Assembly: GCA_964590185.1 (NCBI GenBank) | Contig: CAZPVZ010000065.1 | Location: 1 to 38,399 of the forward strand | Length of the DNA: 38,399 nucleotides | Source of the DNA: an uncultured Campylobacterales bacterium | GTDB taxonomy: Bacteria > Campylobacterota > Campylobacteria > Campylobacterales > JAADDG01 | Reading direction: 5' to 3' | In this document: positions 1 through 8,506 of the stretch, in pieces | Position numbering within the stretch: the first letter of the stretch is position 1 | How the letters are laid out: each line of letters opens with the position of its first letter | Notes under the pieces: generated by a model | What the model was told of the DNA's origin: nothing | The model's database searches: none | What the model saw: the letters and a program-made list of their open reading frames with translations, nothing else | Position numbers and translations under genes: made by a program

Positions 1-8
1 TCCGACTA

Positions 9-332
9 ATTACGACAATGACCCGATTTTCAGGGGATTGAGACATTGAAACCATAAACTTTTTCATACCAACTCCTTATTACGACAATGACCCGATTTT
101 CAGGGGATTGAGACTCTGCCGCTTTCAAAATCTCTCCTGAAATAATTACGATAATGACCCGATTTTCAGGGGATTGAGACCATAAGAAACGCCGAAACGC
201 TTCTTAGGCCGCCAACGTTTCGAATTACGACAATGACCCGATTTTCAGGGGATTGAGACATAATAACAAGCTGTATAACGTAGTGCGAAAACTCATATTA
301 CGACAATGACCCGATTTTCAGGGGATTAGCAG
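9..332 (+). CRISPR. CRISPR array (partial, continues upstream of window); 5 repeats of 36 nt, 4 complete spacers
   Basis: The repeat ATTACGACAATGACCCGATTTTCAGGGGATTGAGAC occurs at 9-44, 79-114, 145-180, 224-259 and 297-332. The 145-180 copy has C->T at repeat position 8, and the 297-332 copy has a degenerate 3' end (GATTAGCAG instead of GATTGAGAC). Unique spacers are 34, 30, 43 and 37 nt. The window starts inside a spacer. The repeat 3' end ATTGAGAC resembles the ATTGAAA[CG] handle of Cas6-processed type I/III repeats, and the degenerate repeat sits at the right end, so + orientation with the leader off-window to the left is favoured. Confidence 0.95.
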
Positions 333-485
333 TATTAAGGATGCAAAATGGACGTAATTATGGAAGCTTACGAAAAAAAGAAATTGGAAAAAAGAAAAGA
401 AAAAGATAAAAAGCGGGAAAAAGAGAAGGAAAACAATAGTAAAGAAAAAAAGGAAAAATAAAAAACCTTTATTTTGCGTACGGCG

Positions 486-1316
486 TTACTTTTCAAGCTC
501 TTTTTTGATTTTTAAAATAGCTTCTTTTGCTCCGATAGGCAAAGATATACCGCCATCTCCTGGCACTTCGTAATCCCTCGGATTTACTCTGATCAAAGGA
601 GCTTTGTAAGCGGACGATATGTCCTCTCCCATCATTCTAACCGTAGGAACGGCGAGGCCGGCTCCGAATTCCACAATTGCCAAAGAGCCGTCGGCTCTAT
701 CCATAAAATCCAAAAATCTTCTTCGTTGTTCTCTCTCCCTCCTATCCACCCATTTCCAATCACCGAACATCAAAATATTCGGTCTTGCAATCTTTTTGCA
801 ATGAGGACATTTCGGCAAAGGCTCTTTAGCCGAAAAACTCTCTTCGTCCACTACGATTTCTACGCCCTCCGCGCTCCATATCACATCTAAACAGGGCTCT
901 ACGCATTGCAGATAGTGAATCGAACCGTGTACCTCGTCTATTTTATTTTCATCAAAACCAGCCTTTTGAAATTGACCGTCAACGTTCGAAGTAAATACGA
1001 AATAATCCTTTTTTCCTTCGGCAATCTCCAAAAGCTTATAAAACCCTTCATGAGGAACGGTTTTTCTGTAAAGATTGAGCCTATGTCCGTAAAAAGCCCA
1101 CGCAAGATGCGGATTTTCATCAAACCATACGGGATTGGCCAACTCCTCAAAACGCAGATTCAACCTCTCGGCCGCCGGATAAGCCCGCCAAAATCCTCTC
1201 TTGCCTCTAAAATCCGGCAATCCGCTATCAACTCCCATCCCGGCACCCGCCGTTATCAAAAGATAATCGGCTTTTTCTATCGCTTCCGCGGCTCTTTTTA
1301 TCTCTTCTCTCATCAT
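486..1316 (-). CDS. Sir2-family NAD-dependent protein deacylase (sirtuin)
   Basis: 276-aa ORF. It has the GAGMGVDSGLPDFRG Rossmann/NAD motif, TSNVDG, a catalytic His in EVHGSIH, and Zn-ribbon cysteines CVEPC...CPHC. Confidence 0.85.
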   Translation of the reverse strand: MMREEIKRAAEAIEKADYLLITAGAGMGVDSGLPDFRGKRGFWRAYPAAERLNLRFEELANPVWFDENPHLAWAFYGHRLNLYRKTVPHEGFYKLLEIAEGKKDYFVFTSNVDGQFQKAGFDENKIDEVHGSIHYLQCVEPCLDVIWSAEGVEIVVDEESFSAKEPLPKCPHCKKIARPNILMFGDWKWVDRREREQRRRFLDFMDRADGSLAIVEFGAGLAVPTVRMMGEDISSAYKAPLIRVNPRDYEVPGDGGISLPIGAKEAILKIKKELEK

Positions 1317-1363
1317 AAACTTTTCCGTTTCGAATTTTTTACAAAGATTCTATCATAAAAAAT

Positions 1364-3286
1364 TTACATCCAGGTGCAAAACCACATCTGAAAAACCAAA
1401 ACGCTCCAAAGCTTATTTATATTTACGCTTTTTCCCTCTTTCAAAAGTCTCTTCAATCTGCCGACCTCTTCAACGTTAAAAATGTTATGTTCTTTCATCC
1501 TCTTCTCGTCAAGATATATATCGAGCAAAAATTCCAAATCGCCCCTCAGCCAATAGTTAAGAGGAGGTTGAAAACCGCTTTTGGGACGCTCCAAAAGCTC
1601 CTTGGGAACGTATTTGTAAAGAATTTTTTTCAAAAGATACTTTTTCGTGGAATTTTTATATTTTAAAGAGACGGGAACCTTAAACATATATTCGGCTATT
1701 CTATGGTCCAAAAGAGGCTCCCTCGCTTCCAAAGAGACGCTCATTGAAGCTCTGTCGACTTTAACCAAAGAATTGTCTCTCAAATAGGTTATATAGTCTA
1801 TAAGCATCATCTGATCCATAAAATCGAGTTCTTTTATTTCTTTAAAATATTTAAAATAACTCCGAGGCAAAAAAGTATCTTCGCTCTTTATCAATATCTC
1901 CTCGACTTCCTCTTTTGAAAGATTGGAGCTTGCGTTTATGAACATCGAAGAAAAACCGTCCGACTCGACGGCTCTTTTAAATTTAAGATATTTATCGACT
2001 ATATTCCTATTTCTAATCTTTTTAGGAAGCAGATCGTTTATCCTTTTTACTCCGTCCGCCGAAACCGAATCTACAACTCTTTTTAAAATCAATTTCTTAA
2101 ATTCGTTGCTAAAAATATCTCTAAAAGAGTAGAGAGCGGAATATTTGCTATATCCCGCAAACTCCTCGTCTCCCCCGTCGCCGGAAAGCGCCACCTTAAC
2201 GCTTCTTCTCGCAAAAGAGCTCAAAACGGCGGTAGGTATCGTAGAATCGTCGGCAAAAGGCTCGTCGTATATGTAAGGCAGTTTTAAAGCGGTCTCCATA
2301 AGCTCCTTTTTGCCTATAAAAGAGACATGATGATCGGTTTTCAAATAGGAAGCGACGCCGTAAGCCTCTTCGGATTCGTCAAACTCCTTTTCTTTAAAAC
2401 CTATACTGAAAGTATCGAGCTTCTTGTCGCTGTTTGCCTGCAAAATCGCCGCAACCAGCGAAGAGTCGTATCCTCCGCTCAAAAATATCCCCACCGGAAC
2501 GTCCGCAACCGTTCTTAAAGAAAAAGCGTCGTTTAAAATCTCCTCAAGTTCTCTTAAAACCTCTTTTTCGCTCTTTTCAAACTTCTCCTCTTTCGCTATC
2601 TTTACGATATCCCAATAGCGGGAAATTTTAAATTCTCCGCTTTTTAAGTCGTACTCCATATACGAAGCGGCGGGAAATTTATAAAGATTTTCAAATACGG
2701 ACTCGTCTCCTCCTATATATCCGAATCTCATATAAAAAGGGAGAACCTTTTGATTTAAAACCTTCTTAAAATAAGGATTTTGAAGAAACGCTTTCACTTC
2801 CGAGGCGAATATAAAAATATCTCCCTCCTTATAATAATAAAGCGGCTTCACTCCCGCCCTGTCTCTTGCCAAAAAGAGTTTCTCTTCTTTCTTATCGTAT
2901 ATGCAAAAAGCGAACATCCCTATAAATTTATCCAAAGCCTTACGGCCCCACTCCTTATAAGAGTATAAAATAACCTCCGTATCGCTATCGGAAGTAAATT
3001 CATACCCTTTTTTCAAAAGCTCTCTTCTTATTTCCCTAAAATTGTAAACCTCTCCGTTATAAACTATCGCATATCTTTTACATTCGGACACGAAAGGCTG
3101 ATTCGCCCTTTCGGAAATATCCAAAATGGAGAGTCTGTTGTGAGCGAGATGAAGATAGCTTCCGTTTTTCAGGGGAGTTATCAAAAAACCTTTACTATCC
3201 GGCCCTCTATACGATAGAGAGGCGTTCATCTTTTTAAGAACCCTCTCTTGAGGTTTTTTATATACGAAACCGACTACGGAACACAT
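1364..3286 (-). CDS. Asparagine synthase (glutamine-hydrolysing) family amidotransferase, polysaccharide-locus type
   Basis: 640 aa. The N-terminal MC (Cys2 Ntn nucleophile) is present. Other motifs are HNRLSILD, NGEVYN, SDTEVIL, RDRAGVKPLYY and the PP-loop SGGYDSS. Confidence 0.9.
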   Translation of the reverse strand: MCSVVGFVYKKPQERVLKKMNASLSYRGPDSKGFLITPLKNGSYLHLAHNRLSILDISERANQPFVSECKRYAIVYNGEVYNFREIRRELLKKGYEFTSDSDTEVILYSYKEWGRKALDKFIGMFAFCIYDKKEEKLFLARDRAGVKPLYYYKEGDIFIFASEVKAFLQNPYFKKVLNQKVLPFYMRFGYIGGDESVFENLYKFPAASYMEYDLKSGEFKISRYWDIVKIAKEEKFEKSEKEVLRELEEILNDAFSLRTVADVPVGIFLSGGYDSSLVAAILQANSDKKLDTFSIGFKEKEFDESEEAYGVASYLKTDHHVSFIGKKELMETALKLPYIYDEPFADDSTIPTAVLSSFARRSVKVALSGDGGDEEFAGYSKYSALYSFRDIFSNEFKKLILKRVVDSVSADGVKRINDLLPKKIRNRNIVDKYLKFKRAVESDGFSSMFINASSNLSKEEVEEILIKSEDTFLPRSYFKYFKEIKELDFMDQMMLIDYITYLRDNSLVKVDRASMSVSLEAREPLLDHRIAEYMFKVPVSLKYKNSTKKYLLKKILYKYVPKELLERPKSGFQPPLNYWLRGDLEFLLDIYLDEKRMKEHNIFNVEEVGRLKRLLKEGKSVNINKLWSVLVFQMWFCTWM

Positions 3287-4464
3287 GCGAAACCTCTTTT
3301 TTTGGCCAAAGAGAGTTCCAAAACGCTTTTAAATTTTCCGACGATTTTATCTTTTTGAAAATCTTTTACCCTAAAAGAGCTCATATACGCATATCTCTCT
3401 CTTAGCTTTTCATCCTCTTTCACTCTCCTCATCGCTTCGCTCAAGGCTTCCGCATCCGATACGGCCGTTAAAATTCCGTATTTCGAAAGCTCCATACCGC
3501 TTTCAAGATGAAACGAAGTGCCCTTTTGCATGGAAAGAATCTCTCTCGGGCCGCTTTTACAGTCGGTGCTGATAACCGGCAAATTGCATGCGAGCGCTTC
3601 CAAAATGACGTTGGGAAATCCTTCGTAATCCGAACTTAACACGAAAGCGTCGCTTCTTGAAAGATATTTGAAAGGATTTTGATCCCTTCCGAGCAAAAAT
3701 ACCCTCTCTTGAAGCTCGAGCTCTTCGATAAATTTCTCAAGCTCATCTCTAAGCTCCCCTTCGCCTATGATAATCAATCTGCTATCTTCATCGTTCATTC
3801 TGTAAAAAGCTTCTATTAAAAGTTTTTGATTTTTTTGAGGATGGAGTCTGCCTATGTTTATAAAAGTAAAATATGAGAAATCAAACCTGCAAGGCTCGTT
3901 TTTAAGCTCCTCAACTTTTTCCAAATCTATGGGATTGTTTATAACCTCTATCTTCGAAGAAGGAATGAAAAAGTTTTCTATCAGATCAGCCTTTATCCCT
4001 TCGGAATTGGGAAGAATCATATCCGCTTTGGGATATAAAGTTTTTATCAAAAATCTATTCGTTCTATCCTTTAAAGAATTGGTAGCATACTCCATGGAAG
4101 GGGCTATTCTTTCACTGATGACGCATACCGCTTCGTTTCCGTAGCTTTTAGAGAGAGCGTTTATGTAATTGGGTCTGTTCATGAACGACAAAGAGAGATC
4201 TATGTCGTATTTTTGACAAAACTCTTTATACGAATACGCTAAAAAAGGTATTTTGGAAAGTTTTTTAACTCCGCTTTCCCGATACTCCCCGTTATCGAGA
4301 AGTATCACCTCCACGTCTTCCGGTATTTCGTAATCTATCCTATCGTGCATCAAAACGAGTTTTATTTCGAAATCGTCCTTCAACTCTCTTATAAGTATGG
4401 AAACGACCCTTTCGGCTCCGTCTCCCTCCATAGAGTATATAAGTATGGCCACTTTCTTTTTCAT
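3274..4464 (-). CDS. Glycosyltransferase family 4 (GT-B fold)
   Basis: 396 aa. N-terminal motif GDGAERV. C-terminal EX7E-type motif YEGFPNVILEALACNLPVISTD. Overlaps the neighbouring genes by a few nt (operon). Confidence 0.85.
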   Translation of the reverse strand: MKKKVAILIYSMEGDGAERVVSILIRELKDDFEIKLVLMHDRIDYEIPEDVEVILLDNGEYRESGVKKLSKIPFLAYSYKEFCQKYDIDLSLSFMNRPNYINALSKSYGNEAVCVISERIAPSMEYATNSLKDRTNRFLIKTLYPKADMILPNSEGIKADLIENFFIPSSKIEVINNPIDLEKVEELKNEPCRFDFSYFTFINIGRLHPQKNQKLLIEAFYRMNDEDSRLIIIGEGELRDELEKFIEELELQERVFLLGRDQNPFKYLSRSDAFVLSSDYEGFPNVILEALACNLPVISTDCKSGPREILSMQKGTSFHLESGMELSKYGILTAVSDAEALSEAMRRVKEDEKLRERYAYMSSFRVKDFQKDKIVGKFKSVLELSLAKKRGFACVP

Positions 4465-5570
4465 GCTCTTTCCTCATAAAGATTTTCAAAAACTTTTTCA
4501 TATTCATCAATGATTTTCGAAAGCTCATACCTTTCTACGCTCTTTTTTATTTTCTCCCCGTCAAAGGGAAAATCCGCCGCTTTCTCAAGCTTTTGGGCAA
4601 ATTCCGAAATATCGAAACTTTCCGCGACGAAACCGTTGATCCCCTCCTTAACTATTTCGTTTATTCCCCCTTTGCAGGAAAAAGCCAAAACCGGAACGCC
4701 CAAAGCGTTAGCTTCGAGCAAAACGTTCGGAAAACCTTCGTATCTCGAACTCAAAGCGAGCAAATCGGCATTTTTCATATAAGGATAGGGATTTTCCCTA
4801 AATCCCGAAAAAACAACCCTGTTTTCCAAAGAAAGCACCCGAACGAGTCTTTTTAATCTCTCCTTCTCCTTGCCTTCTCCTATCAAAGTCAAAAAGATAT
4901 CGTCCCTATCGCAAAGAAAAAGCGACTTTATCAAAAGATCGAATCCTTTTTTGAAACTCAAAGAACCCACCGCCACCACGTTAAAAAATCTCTCGTCAAA
5001 AAGTTTTTCGTTACCGCCGCAAGAGGCTCTCTCCTCTATCTCTTTTTTATCGACGGGATTGTGAATTATTTTCATTTTTGAAATCGGCATACGATAATTA
5101 TCCCTCAAGTCCTCAAACATATCTCTTGATTGGCATATTACGAGATCGAACTTTTTATAAACGCTTTTAAACATCAGATCGAAAAGAAGAGGATATTTCT
5201 CGTCCCTATTTTTTAAAGATACGAGATTGGTCTCTCTCGCTACGAATTTTATCTTGCGAGGCATAAATCCTATCACGGAAGATACGAGAAGATTCATAGA
5301 TCCTATGGTGGAGAAGACGATATCCGGGTCTATCTCCTTTATCGCATTAAAAAGTTTGAAAAAAGAGCTTTTTAAAGAAGGACTTTTCAAATCGTAAATC
5401 TCTATTTCCGGAGGAACTCGATTCAAAAACGCTCCCTTTTTTTCCAAAAGCAACAAAACCGGTTCGAATCTCTCCCCGTCCAAATTTTTCAAAAGAGTAC
5501 ATACTATCTTTTCGGCGCCTCCGGCATTCATAAAAGGAAGAGTAAAAAGTATCTTTATCTTTTTATTCAT
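4461..5570 (-). CDS. Glycosyltransferase family 4 (GT-B fold)
   Basis: 369 aa. Motifs NAGGAEKI and YEGFPNVLLEANALGVPVLAF. 4-nt overlaps with both flanking genes. Confidence 0.85.
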   Translation of the reverse strand: MNKKIKILFTLPFMNAGGAEKIVCTLLKNLDGERFEPVLLLLEKKGAFLNRVPPEIEIYDLKSPSLKSSFFKLFNAIKEIDPDIVFSTIGSMNLLVSSVIGFMPRKIKFVARETNLVSLKNRDEKYPLLFDLMFKSVYKKFDLVICQSRDMFEDLRDNYRMPISKMKIIHNPVDKKEIEERASCGGNEKLFDERFFNVVAVGSLSFKKGFDLLIKSLFLCDRDDIFLTLIGEGKEKERLKRLVRVLSLENRVVFSGFRENPYPYMKNADLLALSSRYEGFPNVLLEANALGVPVLAFSCKGGINEIVKEGINGFVAESFDISEFAQKLEKAADFPFDGEKIKKSVERYELSKIIDEYEKVFENLYEERA

Positions 5571-7423
5571 CTATTCATCCATCTTTCATACCACAATTCG
5601 AAAACGAACAGATCCCATAAAAAAACGGTCTTTTGAGAGCGGCCGTTTAAATAGTCGTCTCTTAAAGAGATAACCTTTTTAGCATCGAAAAATCCCTCTC
5701 TTTTTATCCTCTCTTCGTTTACGTAATCGATAAAAACATCCTTAAGCTCGTTTCTAAGCCACTTGTCAAGAGGAAGGCTAAGCCCTTTTTTAGGCCTGTT
5801 CATTATCTCTCTTCCGACAAATTCGTGAACTATCTCTTTTAATATGTATTTTCTTATTCCGTATCTGTGCTTTAACGAAGAGGGAACCCTCGCCATAAAA
5901 TATAAAAGCTCTTCGTCCAAAAAAGCCTCTTTCAAAGAAAACCCGTAAAAAGAGGAAGCGGCCGAGACTTTTCTCATCTCGTCGTCCAAAAAGTAGGTTT
6001 TTATCGTCGTAGCAAGAAGATTATTAAGCTCGTCGTTGCTATCTTTTAACATCTGATTGTCGAAATTGGTGGGAAGCTCCTTTATATCCCCCCCTTTAAA
6101 TATCTCTTTTACCTCCTTAAAAGTCATCACCTGGCTTTTATGTTTTAGCATCTGAGAAATGGAATCGGAGTTTAGAACCAATTTCAGTTTTTCAAGTTTT
6201 ACGAAAAGAGGATTGAGATTTTTTTGAGTCGATATCTCTTTGGGCTCTATCTTTTTTAAAATCTCGGAAAATGCTCTCCTAACTCCGACCGGAGACCTCA
6301 TAAAAACCCTATACTGTTCTATGTGATCCCCCGTTCCGAAAACCTCGTCTCCCCCGTCTCCGGCGAAAACGGCCTCTATCCCCCTTTCTTTCATTCTTCT
6401 TAAAATATAGAGAGTGGCAAAAGCCGCTTTGTCTCCGAAAGGCTCGTCGTAAGCCTCCATAAAATCCTCTATCGTATCTCTAAGTTTCGACGCGGTAAAA
6501 AGAACTCTGCAGGAAGAGACTCCTATCGCGTCCGCAACCTTTTTCGCGTAAACGCTCTCGTCATACTCGTCGTCTTCGAAGGCTATGGAAAAAGTCTCTA
6601 TCTTGGAGGGACTGTTTTTTTGGACGAAAGCCGCTATCGCTGCGCTATCATAACCTCCGCTCAACAAAACGCCGTTTTTTAAAGAGAGATCGAGTCTTTT
6701 GGAAACCGCTCCGTCCAAAAGCTCTTTAGCCCTCTCTACGGTCTCCTTCTCTCCCGCCTCCAAAAGAGGCATTCTGTAAAGATGCGCAAGATCCCAGTAA
6801 ATCTTCTCCTTAAAGTCGTTACCGCTTAAATCCAACTCGGCATAAGAGCCGCTTTTTAACTTGTAGCAATTTTCGTAAATCGTATTGGGCTCGAGCATAT
6901 AACCGAACCTCATATAAAGAGCCAAAGAGTCTCTGTTTACGCTCTTTTCAAACTCTTCGTACTCAGAAAAAGCTCCCAAAGAGTTGGAGAAAAGAAAGAC
7001 GTTGCCCTTTTTGTAATAATACATCGGCTTAACGCCCATTTTATCCCGGAAAATGAAAAGTTTGTTCTCGAGAGAATTAAAAAGAGCGAAGGAAAAAACT
7101 CCTTCAAATTCGAAAACTATATGCTCTCCCCATTTGTGAAGAGATTTCAAAACTATCTCGGCGTCGCTTCCGCTTTCGAAAGAGTATCCGTAAAGAGAGA
7201 GTCTTTTTCGAAATCTCTCTTTATTGTAAATCTCTCCGTCAAAGGAGAGAGTTAAATAACCGTACCTTAACAATCCCGTTTTTTCAAAGCCGATAAAAGA
7301 GTTTTTCCCGTTTAAAATTTCATACTTTTTTCTGTTTTTGAAATCGCTTTTTTTATTGTAAACCGCAAATCCACCTACTCTTTTCATTCTCAAAACCTTT
7401 CTCTTTATCGTACTTTTTAGCAA
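5567..7423 (-). CDS. Asparagine synthase-like amidotransferase paralogue lacking the N-terminal catalytic Cys
   Basis: 618 aa as listed. The likelier start is MKRVGGFAVY at 7387. It keeps DGEIYN, SDAEIVL, RDKMGVKPMYY and the PP-loop SGGYDSA, but has no MC start and no HxRLSIxD glutamine-site motif. Confidence 0.8.
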   Translation of the reverse strand: MLKSTIKRKVLRMKRVGGFAVYNKKSDFKNRKKYEILNGKNSFIGFEKTGLLRYGYLTLSFDGEIYNKERFRKRLSLYGYSFESGSDAEIVLKSLHKWGEHIVFEFEGVFSFALFNSLENKLFIFRDKMGVKPMYYYKKGNVFLFSNSLGAFSEYEEFEKSVNRDSLALYMRFGYMLEPNTIYENCYKLKSGSYAELDLSGNDFKEKIYWDLAHLYRMPLLEAGEKETVERAKELLDGAVSKRLDLSLKNGVLLSGGYDSAAIAAFVQKNSPSKIETFSIAFEDDEYDESVYAKKVADAIGVSSCRVLFTASKLRDTIEDFMEAYDEPFGDKAAFATLYILRRMKERGIEAVFAGDGGDEVFGTGDHIEQYRVFMRSPVGVRRAFSEILKKIEPKEISTQKNLNPLFVKLEKLKLVLNSDSISQMLKHKSQVMTFKEVKEIFKGGDIKELPTNFDNQMLKDSNDELNNLLATTIKTYFLDDEMRKVSAASSFYGFSLKEAFLDEELLYFMARVPSSLKHRYGIRKYILKEIVHEFVGREIMNRPKKGLSLPLDKWLRNELKDVFIDYVNEERIKREGFFDAKKVISLRDDYLNGRSQKTVFLWDLFVFELWYERWMNR

Positions 7424-8381
7424 AATCGCTCGCTTCGGAAACGCTCAAAGAAAGCATGGAGTATTTATAACTTAGCTCTTTAAAATATATAAGTATCTCC
7501 TCCAAAAACGCTATGTTTTCTTTTAAGTTGACTCCGAAATTGTGAGGATGCCACCACAAATGAAAAAGTTTTTTCTCTTTTGCGGCAAACTCCATCTGCT
7601 TTTTTATCCTATTTAGTCTCATTTTCTCAAAATAGGAAAACCTCTTCGAAACCGGCCGCAGAAATCTGCTCGAAGGAATGTTTAAAAGAGCGTTTGAAGT
7701 ATCTATCTCGTGAGCGTGCAAACCGGTTATATTCATATAGGTATCGGCAAACAAGAGAGCTTTTCTTACAAACCCCTGTTTTTTCCTCTGATCGACGGGA
7801 CGATATATAAAATGGTTCGGATTGCCTCTGTAAGCTTTAAAACCGAGTTTCTTCAAAACGGGAACGTAATCGACGTTTAGCTGATCTCTGGGGAAAATGA
7901 TGCTTTTTAAATCTCTTTGAATCTTTTTTAAAGCTATCTCTTTAGAATATAACAAGTCATAATAAAACTCCCTTTCATTCTGCCCCTTTTCAAGACAGTA
8001 GTAGTGAGAAAAAGTGTGCGAAGCTATCTCTTGAGTCTCCTCCTTGGCTATCTCCTTTACGCTATCGGGAGCGAAAAAGAGTCTTTCGTCCATTTTCTCG
8101 AACTCCTTAAGCCGTTCGTAGGAGGAGTATCTTTTGTCATCGTAAGAGGGACGAACGGGAGGAAGGTTTTCTCTAAGCTCTTCGAAATTTTCGAAATACA
8201 CAAATCCCACCACTCCCCAAGTGGCGCGTATTCCGTAAAGTTTGAAAATTCTAAGAAGCTCCGAAACCGCATCTTTAGAGCCCAAAATATTTTTTCCGTA
8301 ATCTTTTACTCTTTTGGAATCAAACACTCCCCAATAAAGTTCGAAATCTAAAGATACGGTAAAAACTCCGTTTTTCATCAC
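7353..8381 (-). CDS. Polysaccharide deacetylase-like protein (CE4-like, capsule/EPS locus type)
   Basis: 342 aa. The N-terminal FTVSLDFELYWGV, the HTFSH motif and WWHPHNF recall the polysaccharide deacetylase family found in polysaccharide loci. Family assignment is from memory of motifs only. Confidence 0.6.
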   Translation of the reverse strand: MMKNGVFTVSLDFELYWGVFDSKRVKDYGKNILGSKDAVSELLRIFKLYGIRATWGVVGFVYFENFEELRENLPPVRPSYDDKRYSSYERLKEFEKMDERLFFAPDSVKEIAKEETQEIASHTFSHYYCLEKGQNEREFYYDLLYSKEIALKKIQRDLKSIIFPRDQLNVDYVPVLKKLGFKAYRGNPNHFIYRPVDQRKKQGFVRKALLFADTYMNITGLHAHEIDTSNALLNIPSSRFLRPVSKRFSYFEKMRLNRIKKQMEFAAKEKKLFHLWWHPHNFGVNLKENIAFLEEILIYFKELSYKYSMLSLSVSEASDFAKKYDKEKGFENEKSRWICGLQ

Positions 8382-8506
8382 TAAACGTTCCCCCGAAAAC
8401 TGCCGATATCAAAAAAGGTAAAATATAATGTAAATATTATATTTAATAAAACCTAAATAGCAGTTTAGTTAAAATTTATTAAACTTTTTTACAGTAGGAT
8501 TTTATA

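Noticed and set aside
348-461. A 37-codon Lys/Glu-rich ORF (MDVIMEAYEKKKLEKRKEKDKKREKEKENNSKEKKEK) downstream of the CRISPR array
   Set aside because: Its composition is dictated by the polypurine tract, there is no convincing RBS, and another frame gives an equally long Lys/Arg ORF. It is probably not a gene.
486-1316. A Sir2-domain gene directly next to a CRISPR array, as a possible Thoeris/DSR-type NADase defence gene
   Set aside because: The length (276 aa), the intact GAGxGxxSGxPDFRG, catalytic His and Zn-ribbon Cys pairs, and the absence of any fused or adjacent sensor or effector gene all fit an ordinary protein deacylase sirtuin. Adjacency to the array end is most simply coincidental.
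906-1358. A 150-aa + strand ORF antisense to the sirtuin gene, and many similar 60-120-aa antisense ORFs across the window (for example 2327-2631, 4510-4856, 10577-10894, 16959-17324, 22508-22948)
   Set aside because: Each lies entirely within a longer ORF on the other strand or frame that has clear family motifs. They are typical AT-rich shadow ORFs.
7353-7423. The 71-nt overlap between the deacetylase-like gene end and the AsnB-like gene start, as a sign of a frameshift or pseudogene
   Set aside because: Using the internal Met at 7387 (MKRVGG..., which aligns with the family N-terminus) shortens the overlap to 35 nt. Both ORFs are otherwise full length with intact motifs.
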